Of a stretch of 42,350 bases of DNA, positions 34,731 to 42,350 are shown one piece after another; the stretch's first letter is position 1; each line of letters opens with the position of its first letter. The notes beneath the pieces were generated by a model. It had not been told where the DNA came from, made no database searches, and saw nothing but the letters and a program-made list of their open reading frames with translations. Source of the DNA: a virus (taxonomy: Duplodnaviria > Caudoviricetes); IMG/VR virus record IMGVR_UViG_3300030361_000008, positions 1 through 42,350 of that record. The stretch is one strand, 5' to 3'. A program made the translations under genes and the position numbers.

Positions 34731-37700
34731 GCTTACCCGATCAAGAGGGGCCGCGCCGCGACGACTCGACGGCCGAGGTCGTCGGTTACGGTGGTGTTAT
34801 TAATCGCATTCAAGGCACCGAGCGGGTAACTTGTGCGCTACTGCAACAACTTCCATTAGTCGAAACCGTTCACGAAGAAGAAGTCGAGAGCGGGGGCAAA
34901 GGCGGGACGAGTAGCTACACGAACACCACTTACACATACAGCGCGACGTTTGCCGTAATGGCCGCAGAGGGGCCGGTAAAAGGCGTGCGCCGGATCTGGC
35001 TTAACTCTAAACTGTTTTATGAAAACCGCCCGTATCAGTCCGGCGACGTGCTAGAAACGCGACGCCGCGCCGAGGCGCTTTTCACGTTTTACCCGGGCGA
35101 CCTTAACCAACAGCCCGACCCTATCCTGCAAGCCGCGAACGACAGGCAGCCCGCTTATAGGGGCCGCGCGTACATCGTGTTCAATAATTTACAGCTTGAA
35201 GAATTTGGCAACAGGATCCCGGCCGTAGAAGTAGAGTTGATAGAAAACGGCACGGGTTCAACCGACGACGTGCCCTACCCGTACCCGTTGTTTTTGCGCG
35301 AGGTGGTCGGAAAGATTCTAGCCGACAGCGGCATGGACCCGGCACGATTCGACGTGTCGCAACTCACCCAAAAAGTGCAAGGCTATGTAACCGAGCGAGA
35401 CGACAACGGGCTGCAGCAACTTGAAGCGCTCGGCAGCCTTTATAATTTTTACCCGGTTGACCAAGGCGACAAGCTAGTAATGCAGCGAGATCCGTCGCCG
35501 GTGATACGTGACGAGCATTTAACGTCTTGCATCATTAACGAAGACGGGTTTGTAGTAAACGCGTATCACGACGTTTTAGGGCGTCAGGGCTACTTCCCGG
35601 CCGAAGCGGGCACCAGTGAGGGCCAATTCTTAATGATACGCGGCGCGCTTTTAGCGCGTGAAGTGCTAACCGGCGACGCCCGCCAAGATTGGGAAGATAT
35701 CGCCTTTTCATGCGTTCCCGCTATTGACGGTATTTATACGCAGCCGCCACCAGCTTCGCCCGGGCCACTTTACACCCCGCATTGGCTTTTCATAGCTAAG
35801 GCACCCGTCGAGGGGCAAAGCCACAAGCTTAACCAGTTAACCGAGTTCAATCTAGGGACTGACAAGTACATAGGCCGTTTGTCGCCTAATTACCCGGAAT
35901 ATGGCGATCGGATCTTAAGCGTAACGGGCGGGTATAGTGATGTCGCTTCGTACGTGTCGTGGTTTAATCCGTTCGCGGGTATCATCGGCTCGGATTACGG
36001 CGAACCCGAACTGGTATTTCAAGAGCCGGACGGGTCGACCGTTGTCGTTTTCGACATATCGCAGATCCGCGATCAGGGCTTACAAGCGTTCGTAAATCTT
36101 AAAGTAATTTATAATTTCGGCGAATTGCTCAACGTGTCGCAAAACATAGAAGCTTGGCCGCACTGGCGAGGCTTAGACGACGGCGAGATCTCTTGTGCGG
36201 TCGACGTCATTCCGTGGGCGCTCGAATCGTTCAAACTACTTAAAGCAGCAGACACAGGCAACGCGGCGAAGTGGCAGCAAGCGATCGACGCACAGGTCGC
36301 GAGTGTTTACGATGTTTGGAAAGTAGACGACGGCCGCGCGTGGTTGGTGCCGACGTCAGGCGGCCCGTTGTCAATATCAGGATCGTTTGTGTCGTCTTTC
36401 CGCCCGGGCTTCAGCGAGTCTTCGATAGACCGTAACCAACAAAGCCAACTTGTTTTTAACTTCCCGGAAAGCGAGGGCGAGGCGCAGTTCGGCCGAGGGT
36501 TAACCGATACTATTCGCGCGAGTGACACCCACATACGGATCACGTATAGCGCGCGCATGAATAGAGGATCGCCCGTGTTGCCGTCAGTCCCGGCCGATTT
36601 TGTCGAGTTTGTCGGCGAAGATTACGCGAATGTTGTATGGGTGTTCATCCAGCAAGGCGAAAGCCCGACGACCGGCGTCAGGCACTTTTACCCGATCATT
36701 TTACCGACGACGGGAGGCACGGTGACAGAGCGCACCGTAGACATACCATTGAGCAGCTTTCAAGCGGGCCGCTTAAATGATAGTGGTTGGCAGCCGCAGC
36801 CGGACACACTCACACCGGGGACAGCGATCAACGTCGCCGGGGTTATATACGGCGGCACGGCGGGCGGCTCTTTCACGCTCGACACGTTGCGCCCTATACC
36901 GGAGATCGCCCTGCCTTATACGTTCGGGGTAACACCGTTCACGGCTAACAGTCTAAACGGCGTGATCATCGACTGGCGAGGCGCGCCGGGCATCGGCTAC
37001 CAAGACCCGTTAATGTGGCATGAACTAGGCGAAGACGACGCCTTAGACAACCAGCTGCAGTTCTTGGAAGACAGCCAGCAAGAATTCGCCAACCGTTACG
37101 GCACGCGCGGGCCTTTCATCCCGGCGTACGTGTGGGACCGTTTCGACCGGCAAGCGACGGACGACGCGCCGGACACTTGGACTTTTAACTGGGTTGACCC
37201 GAACAGCGAGTGGATCGGATATACGGCGCGCGTTGTTGCTTCATGCGCTGAAACAGCTTTCAGAGATTCGCGCGTTAGAACCCGCGCTGCAGACATAGCC
37301 GCCGACTTTTTAACGTGGTTTGAAAGCGTGTGGACTGATGAAAATAAATTCATCATCACCAATTTACCCGAGACAATAAAAGAAATAGATCGCGGCGTAA
37401 CGTTCGAGAATAACGAAGCCGGCACCGTTTACAACGGCATTGTTTACCGTGCGGACAGCGGCGGCACCACCGGCACCACCGCGCCGAACTTCCCGACAAC
37501 TATCGGCGCGACCGTACAAGACGGATCGGTATTGTTTAGGGCGGCCGGGTACACCTACGGCACGGTCCCGGCGTTCGGTGACTATGACGAACCACACGCC
37601 GCCGCGCTTATCTTAAGAGCCGCCGCGTACTTGCACAGTATCAGCCGCGAGACTTCGGCCATGATCAGGCTTATGCGCCGTTGTTGGAACTACCTTGAAC

Positions 37701-39322
37701 GGTTGTGGGCCAACGCGTACGGCGACGTCGCGAACACTTGGTCTAACAACCCGGCGAACGGGGAGTGGTTCGGGTTTTGGACGGGTGAAATTGTAACGTT
37801 ACTCGCACGCCTTAACGGCGAGTTGTCTTTCTCGCGTAACGCCGCGACTATACCCGAAGCCGATGTAACGGAGCGTTTACGCTTACACGGCCAATGGGTA
37901 AAACAGCGCATACGCACTATTGAGATCGAAGAACTCGAAAACGTTATCACGCGCGCCGGGTACAGCGAGAACCGCACCCGCGAATCAGAGCTACCGCGCC
38001 GCGTAGAAATGACGTACCCGTCAATCAACCGTAACTTACAAGAAGACGTGAGGATCGTTGAACGTCGATCAGCGCGTAGTGAAAACGTTGTGAGCGTGCG
38101 CGCACCGACCGCACTAACCGCGCCCGAGGCGGTCCAGTTGGCGACGTCAGGCATGTTAAAAGCATGGTCGCAGCGTACGGAGTGGGAATTCGCTTTACAC
38201 TCGCGATTGTTCCAGCCGGGCGACGTGAAAGAGTACCGCATAGACGGAGAGGTGCGCCGGCTGCAATTCCAAGAGGTCGACGAGACACCGACCGGCGTCG
38301 CGTCTATTCGCGCGGTAGAGTACAACCCGGCGGCGTTTGGCGTTGAGATAATACCAACAAGCGATCCGCGTGAATCAGTAGGTATAACGCCGCTCGCGTC
38401 GACCGTTGTCGAATTACTAGATATACCACTCCACGACGACGCGTTCGACACGCTCGGGTTTGTTACCTACGGCTACCCGACCTCGTCTAATTGGCGCGGC
38501 GGCCAGTTGTACCAGAGTTCGATCCGGGGTACGCGTTTCGAGGCCGTGGCGAATTACATCGAACGCCCGGTGCGTGGTTTTGTTAGCGGTGTGATCCCGG
38601 CAAAACGCCACGGGTACGTTGACACGACAACCGTCATAACCGTAACGTTAAACCACGGCGAATTAGAAAGCATCGACGAGCCTTTATTCCGTCGCGGGCG
38701 CAACGCGGCATTGTGTGGAGGTGAAATTATATGGTTTCAAGACGCCGCGCTCGTATCGGGCACCACGTACCAGTTAACAACGCTTTTACGCGGTCAGCGC
38801 GGCACGGTCGATAATATTAACGGCCACGAAGACGGGGAAACGTTTGTGTTGTTAAGCGGCCCCGGTATCGTGAACGCGCCGATCGACCGTTTCGAAGTCG
38901 GGCTACCGTTATTTTATAAAGGCGTTTCGACAGGACAAAACCCGAGTGAAGTCGAAGAATTCAGCCGCGCGATACTCGGCAAGCGTAACCAACCGCTTAA
39001 GGTTTCGCACTTGCGAGGCGCGAGGCTGGCCGACGGCGTCCGCATTACGTGGATCCGGCAGACGCGAGTCGGGGCCGATTTGGTCGATTGGTCCGACGCA
39101 CGTCTAGGCGAAGAATTCGAGGCGTACACGGTCGAGATATTGGACGGCCCGGGCGGCGCGGTTTTAAATTCTTTCAATATTGAGAGTTCTACGCGTATAT
39201 TATTAACTAACGCGCAGATACAACAAATTTACGGATCAACGTCCGCCACGGTTTACGCGAGTGTGTGGCAACAAGGCTCATTACTCGGTAACGGTGTGAA
39301 AAATGAGGTTACTATATTATGA
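34709..39322 (+). CDS. GTA-type tail tip/host-specificity protein with a large internal glycanase-like insertion
   Basis: GGKGG, YSATFAV, RIW, PAYRGRAYIVF..LQLEEFGNRIP, ELPRRV.MTY, LLRGQRGT and WIRQTR motifs; ~800-aa extra region. Confidence 0.9.
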   Translation: MGGLFSVSLPDQEGPRRDDSTAEVVGYGGVINRIQGTERVTCALLQQLPLVETVHEEEVESGGKGGTSSYTNTTYTYSATFAVMAAEGPVKGVRRIWLNSKLFYENRPYQSGDVLETRRRAEALFTFYPGDLNQQPDPILQAANDRQPAYRGRAYIVFNNLQLEEFGNRIPAVEVELIENGTGSTDDVPYPYPLFLREVVGKILADSGMDPARFDVSQLTQKVQGYVTERDDNGLQQLEALGSLYNFYPVDQGDKLVMQRDPSPVIRDEHLTSCIINEDGFVVNAYHDVLGRQGYFPAEAGTSEGQFLMIRGALLAREVLTGDARQDWEDIAFSCVPAIDGIYTQPPPASPGPLYTPHWLFIAKAPVEGQSHKLNQLTEFNLGTDKYIGRLSPNYPEYGDRILSVTGGYSDVASYVSWFNPFAGIIGSDYGEPELVFQEPDGSTVVVFDISQIRDQGLQAFVNLKVIYNFGELLNVSQNIEAWPHWRGLDDGEISCAVDVIPWALESFKLLKAADTGNAAKWQQAIDAQVASVYDVWKVDDGRAWLVPTSGGPLSISGSFVSSFRPGFSESSIDRNQQSQLVFNFPESEGEAQFGRGLTDTIRASDTHIRITYSARMNRGSPVLPSVPADFVEFVGEDYANVVWVFIQQGESPTTGVRHFYPIILPTTGGTVTERTVDIPLSSFQAGRLNDSGWQPQPDTLTPGTAINVAGVIYGGTAGGSFTLDTLRPIPEIALPYTFGVTPFTANSLNGVIIDWRGAPGIGYQDPLMWHELGEDDALDNQLQFLEDSQQEFANRYGTRGPFIPAYVWDRFDRQATDDAPDTWTFNWVDPNSEWIGYTARVVASCAETAFRDSRVRTRAADIAADFLTWFESVWTDENKFIITNLPETIKEIDRGVTFENNEAGTVYNGIVYRADSGGTTGTTAPNFPTTIGATVQDGSVLFRAAGYTYGTVPAFGDYDEPHAAALILRAAAYLHSISRETSAMIRLMRRCWNYLERLWANAYGDVANTWSNNPANGEWFGFWTGEIVTLLARLNGELSFSRNAATIPEADVTERLRLHGQWVKQRIRTIEIEELENVITRAGYSENRTRESELPRRVEMTYPSINRNLQEDVRIVERRSARSENVVSVRAPTALTAPEAVQLATSGMLKAWSQRTEWEFALHSRLFQPGDVKEYRIDGEVRRLQFQEVDETPTGVASIRAVEYNPAAFGVEIIPTSDPRESVGITPLASTVVELLDIPLHDDAFDTLGFVTYGYPTSSNWRGGQLYQSSIRGTRFEAVANYIERPVRGFVSGVIPAKRHGYVDTTTVITVTLNHGELESIDEPLFRRGRNAALCGGEIIWFQDAALVSGTTYQLTTLLRGQRGTVDNINGHEDGETFVLLSGPGIVNAPIDRFEVGLPLFYKGVSTGQNPSEVEEFSRAILGKRNQPLKVSHLRGARLADGVRITWIRQTRVGADLVDWSDARLGEEFEAYTVEILDGPGGAVLNSFNIESSTRILLTNAQIQQIYGSTSATVYASVWQQGSLLGNGVKNEVTIL

Positions 39323-40668
39323 CGACGCCCCGGCTAAAATTGCCCGAAATGACCGCACAACAAGCGGCCAAGCATTTAACGTTTAATGAAGCGGCGGTAC
39401 TACTCGACGTTTTCGCGGGTAACAGCTTGAACAGTGTTACAACCGCAGCCCCGCCAACCGACGCCAGCGACGGCGACGCGTATTTTGTGCCGACGGGTGC
39501 GACGGGGGACTGGGCCGCGAACGAGGGTAAGATCGCGTTTTGGTTTAACAGCGAATGGAACTTTTCGGAATTGCCGACCGGGTGGATCTTCGAAATACTC
39601 GACGAAGAACGCGTCGTAGTGGCGCGCGCTTCGGGGATCGCCGACGTGGGCGGCGGGGGTGGTGGTTCGGCAGACATTACCACTCAGCCGATCAGCATTA
39701 CCGACTATAACGAACTCGACCAACTCGAAAACGGTTTTTACTCAACGTTTCACGCGGACACGTCAAGCGTTGCCAACAAGCCGGCGTTTAAGTCGTCGAC
39801 CAACGTTAATGTTTTAATAAAAGTGCTTAAAGACGACGGCGGTCGTTACGACGTCGAGGTCGTGGAGACAAAGCGCAGCGACTCGCTACACCGCCGTAAC
39901 AAAGTAAGTGGGTCGACGTGGGCGGCGTGGCGCGATCTATGGGCTGAAATCGCAGCGGCGGCCGCTTCGGGGGGCGGCAGCGGTGGGTCGCTTACCGCGT
40001 CAGAAGTGAAAACGCTTTACGAGTCTAACGCAGATACAAACGCGTTTACCGACGCCGAAGAAACGAAACTGGCGGGCATTCAGGACGGCGCGCAAGTCAA
40101 CCCGGGCGCGTCAGCCGTAAAAACCTTGTACGAGTCTAACGCAGATACAAACGCGTTTACCGACGCGGAAAAAACCAAGCTTTCAGGGCTGCAAAACGCC
40201 AGTGTAACGGGTAAAGCTTACGCCGATATGACGGCCGGCAACGTAACGCTAAACGCTACACAGTCAAACAACCCGGTTATTCAACTCGGCGGCACGCCCG
40301 GAACAACGCGTACCCTAACACTCGAAGCCCTCGAACGTATGTGGGTTATTACGAACGACAGTGACGGCGGTTGCACACTGACCACCGGCGCGGGCGGAAC
40401 TGTATTTTTAGAAGCGGGGTATCAATACGTCGTGTTCGGCGACGGGGTCGGCGTACGTGCGGCGGTAACAATCGCGCCGAACGGGCTTAAGATGAACGGC
40501 GACTTAATCCTGCCTATCTACTCAACCGCGAGCGTGCCGGATCCGTCTACGCGTTACATGGTGACAGTTGGTGTTACCGACGGCGACAGCGGCGCGCCGT
40601 GTTTAGCAGTTAGCGACGGCGGATCGTGGAAACGCCTTGCACTTGGCGCGACGATTTCAGCGAGTTAA
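39319..40668 (+). CDS. Tail fibre protein with N-terminal DUF2793 domain
   Basis: TPRLKLP....QAAKH.T.NEA...LD and GD.Y.V..GATGDWA motifs; Gly linkers and internal repeats. Confidence 0.85.
   Translation: MTTPRLKLPEMTAQQAAKHLTFNEAAVLLDVFAGNSLNSVTTAAPPTDASDGDAYFVPTGATGDWAANEGKIAFWFNSEWNFSELPTGWIFEILDEERVVVARASGIADVGGGGGGSADITTQPISITDYNELDQLENGFYSTFHADTSSVANKPAFKSSTNVNVLIKVLKDDGGRYDVEVVETKRSDSLHRRNKVSGSTWAAWRDLWAEIAAAAASGGGSGGSLTASEVKTLYESNADTNAFTDAEETKLAGIQDGAQVNPGASAVKTLYESNADTNAFTDAEKTKLSGLQNASVTGKAYADMTAGNVTLNATQSNNPVIQLGGTPGTTRTLTLEALERMWVITNDSDGGCTLTTGAGGTVFLEAGYQYVVFGDGVGVRAAVTIAPNGLKMNGDLILPIYSTASVPDPSTRYMVTVGVTDGDSGAPCLAVSDGGSWKRLALGATISAS
40018..40166 (+). repeat. 38-bp identical direct repeat with 111-bp spacing (YESNADTNAFTDAE x2)
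   Basis: TACGAGTCTAACGCAGATACAAACGCGTTTACCGACGC at 40018 and 40129. Confidence 0.92.
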
Positions 40669-40672
40669 AAGC

Positions 40673-41062
40673 ATGGCGTACGTAAAAGCATTTTTTAAAC
40701 TATCGACAATCCTCGGTTTGTGGGTTTACAGCGCTACATTGCATAGCACTATACCTTTTACTAATTTTGAGATTTACGGCTGGCATGTATATTTGTTCGC
40801 GACAATATGCCGTTTTTCACCTTTCGCGCTTGCTCGGCGGTGGGGTGAGGCTTACTGGTTGTGGACCGATCAAGGCGTAAACGTGTTTCACGGCGGCGAC
40901 GAAGACATAACGATTTCGAGTAGCGTCGGCAAGAAACACGAAGACGGAGACGAAACAGGTACTATAATGGCGAAAGTAATTAATTTCTTTTGGTATTTAG
41001 GCACCGGACAGAAAAATCATTGTATTTCAGCAATCGAGCGTGACGAGGAGCATCACAGATGA
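40673..41062 (+). CDS. Membrane-associated hypothetical protein (DQ..N...GGD.D.TISS...HC family)
   Basis: Hydrophobic N-terminal segments and conserved-looking motif; ATG at 40673. Confidence 0.7.
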   Translation: MAYVKAFFKLSTILGLWVYSATLHSTIPFTNFEIYGWHVYLFATICRFSPFALARRWGEAYWLWTDQGVNVFHGGDEDITISSSVGKKHEDGDETGTIMAKVINFFWYLGTGQKNHCISAIERDEEHHR

Positions 41063-41658
41063 AAAAGTTAGCAGAATTTGACACGCTAGAAGCGGCTAAA
41101 GCGTATGCGCAAGTGCGCGGTAAGATGATACACCGCAACAGCATGAATGCGTGGCTATCTGGTGCGAAGAAGTATCGCAGATTAAAGGCTATCGCAGCAG
41201 ATGAAAACCATCCGTTAGGTGACGGTGCAGCGGCATTTCTAGACTCTACTGAATACAACTTGATTCAATCAAGCGAAACGGGGCAAGGTGTTATCCAGTT
41301 AATGCAAGCGCTGATTGCCGCAGAAGGCAATGACGCAGCATTACAGGCTGTACTTGATAAAGCTATCGCAGCAGCTAACGAAACGTATTACCCATACGAA
41401 AACGCAACACAGCACGACTTCGCAAAGGCGAAAGGTAATTGCCCAACTAAAACTGTTACACCTGAATCTGGCTATCTTAAAATCACACTAACGCAAGATA
41501 CAGAAGCGCATAGACCACAAGTTTACGCAATGGTTCAAGGCACAATGCAGCGTATTACTGGTTTTAATGTGGTAGAAAAGGCAGGTGATTACCTTGCCCA
41601 AGTGCCTCGTGTTTATTCGGTGCTGTACGTTGATGACGCTTACGGGGCTATTGTGTAA
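41059..41658 (+). CDS. Hypothetical protein in the host-recognition module
   Basis: GAGGAG RBS, ATGA overlap, AT-richer than the core genome. Confidence 0.75.
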   Translation: MKKLAEFDTLEAAKAYAQVRGKMIHRNSMNAWLSGAKKYRRLKAIAADENHPLGDGAAAFLDSTEYNLIQSSETGQGVIQLMQALIAAEGNDAALQAVLDKAIAAANETYYPYENATQHDFAKAKGNCPTKTVTPESGYLKITLTQDTEAHRPQVYAMVQGTMQRITGFNVVEKAGDYLAQVPRVYSVLYVDDAYGAIV

Positions 41659-42350
41659 TGGCGTATTACTTAGAGTTTGACGGACAAAACGATAGGGTTG
41701 ACATAGGTAGTGAAATTTTTGTTTCAGGGGATGGATTCCTTTTTGAAATAGATTTCGTTTACAAGGGAACCGCCTTTGACCACCTTGTTGGTGGCTCTAA
41801 TCTCATTTTTCGTATAAACAATACTGCTAGTCTTAATTTACGTGTAGATGGTAGTAGTCAAAACCTCAACTTTAACAACTCCTTAGTTGCGGGGGAGAGG
41901 TACTATTTCAAACTGGGAAGAACGGGTGGTGCATATCAAATCTTTAATGAGAATGACGAACCCATCTCTAACTCAAGGAATCTGCCAGATTCACCAATAG
42001 GGATATCCAAGATAGGCGCACAGTTCACTAATGCCAATAATATACCTATGGATTTCTATGGACTGAAAGTGAACCAAAGTGGGGTGTTAATACATAATTA
42101 TGACCCTAGCGCCTCAAGCGGCACGGGTCAGTTAATAGATACCGAAGGCGGCAACCACGGCACGCCTGTTAACTTTTCAGACTTTGAAGCTGCGCTTATT
42201 TACTATGATGATGGGGGCGGGGGTGGAGAACCGCAAGAACCGCCAGCCGTAACGGGCGGGTCAGACGTTGACGGCTTAAGCATTGCGGGCGTTGCGACTT
42301 CGGACGTAAACGCGCCGGGCGTTACGGGCGGATCAGACGTTGACGGCCTA
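41658..42350 (+). CDS. 5' part of LamG/concanavalin A-like lectin domain fibre protein (runs off the end and continues at base 1; not in ORF track)
   Basis: TAATG overlap; MAYYLEFDGQNDRVDIG...LIHNYD...GQLID..GGNHGT, then GGGGGEPQEPP linker and 24-aa repeats; no stop before the window end. Confidence 0.8.
   Translation, partial: MAYYLEFDGQNDRVDIGSEIFVSGDGFLFEIDFVYKGTAFDHLVGGSNLIFRINNTASLNLRVDGSSQNLNFNNSLVAGERYYFKLGRTGGAYQIFNENDEPISNSRNLPDSPIGISKIGAQFTNANNIPMDFYGLKVNQSGVLIHNYDPSASSGTGQLIDTEGGNHGTPVNFSDFEAALIYYDDGGGGGEPQEPPAVTGGSDVDGLSIAGVATSDVNAPGVTGGSDVDGL

Larger units (their letters stand above)
1..42350. mobile_element. Near-complete tailed phage genome (siphovirus-like, GTA-type tail tip), circularly permuted, probably with a proteobacterial host
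   Basis: Full set of terminase, portal, capsid, tail, tape measure, lysis and replication genes. No host housekeeping genes. Both ends fall in the same repeat-containing ORF. Confidence 0.96.

Noticed and set aside
35495-37910. Intein or mobile intron in the tail-tip gene
   Set aside because: No Cys/Ser start with His-Asn end, no LAGLIDADG/HNH motifs, and the frame is continuous.
39319-42350. Diversity-generating retroelement or invertase-based fibre switching
   Set aside because: No reverse transcriptase or recombinase, and the repeats do not show adenine-specific mismatches.

Overview
The window is an essentially complete, circularly permuted ~42 kb tailed dsDNA phage genome with siphovirus architecture. 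The contig breaks inside a 72-bp tandem-repeat fibre gene whose 5' part lies at 41658-42350 and whose 3' part lies at 1-360. Modules in order: fibre accessory genes and lysis cassette (+, 1-2527); leftward nucleotide-metabolism/replication operon (MazG-like, family A DNA polymerase, DEDD exonuclease, DUF2815 SSB, DUF2800 Cas4-like nuclease; 2499-10547); divergent rightward operon (SF2 helicase, VRR-NUC, N4/N6 DNA methyltransferase, TetR-like HTH, Rmf-like; 10645-15266); a self-contained promoter/3-gene/terminator cassette (15290-16302); leftward primase-polymerase/SF3 helicase with an HTH gene and an iteron-rich putative origin (16312-20025); then packaging, head and GTA-type tail genes (20083-42350). 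I recognised no integrase, CI-type repressor, tRNA, CRISPR or reverse transcriptase. The most striking feature is an intact, stand-alone CheY-like response regulator translationally coupled between a holin-like membrane protein and the GH108 endolysin, with no phage kinase. Also notable are a ~800-aa GH8-like glycanase inserted in the tail-tip protein, a short motif (D/N)TAxAF(G) shared by several replication proteins, a prion-like SSB tail and an Rmf-like gene. All family assignments come from motif recognition by eye; no searches were run.
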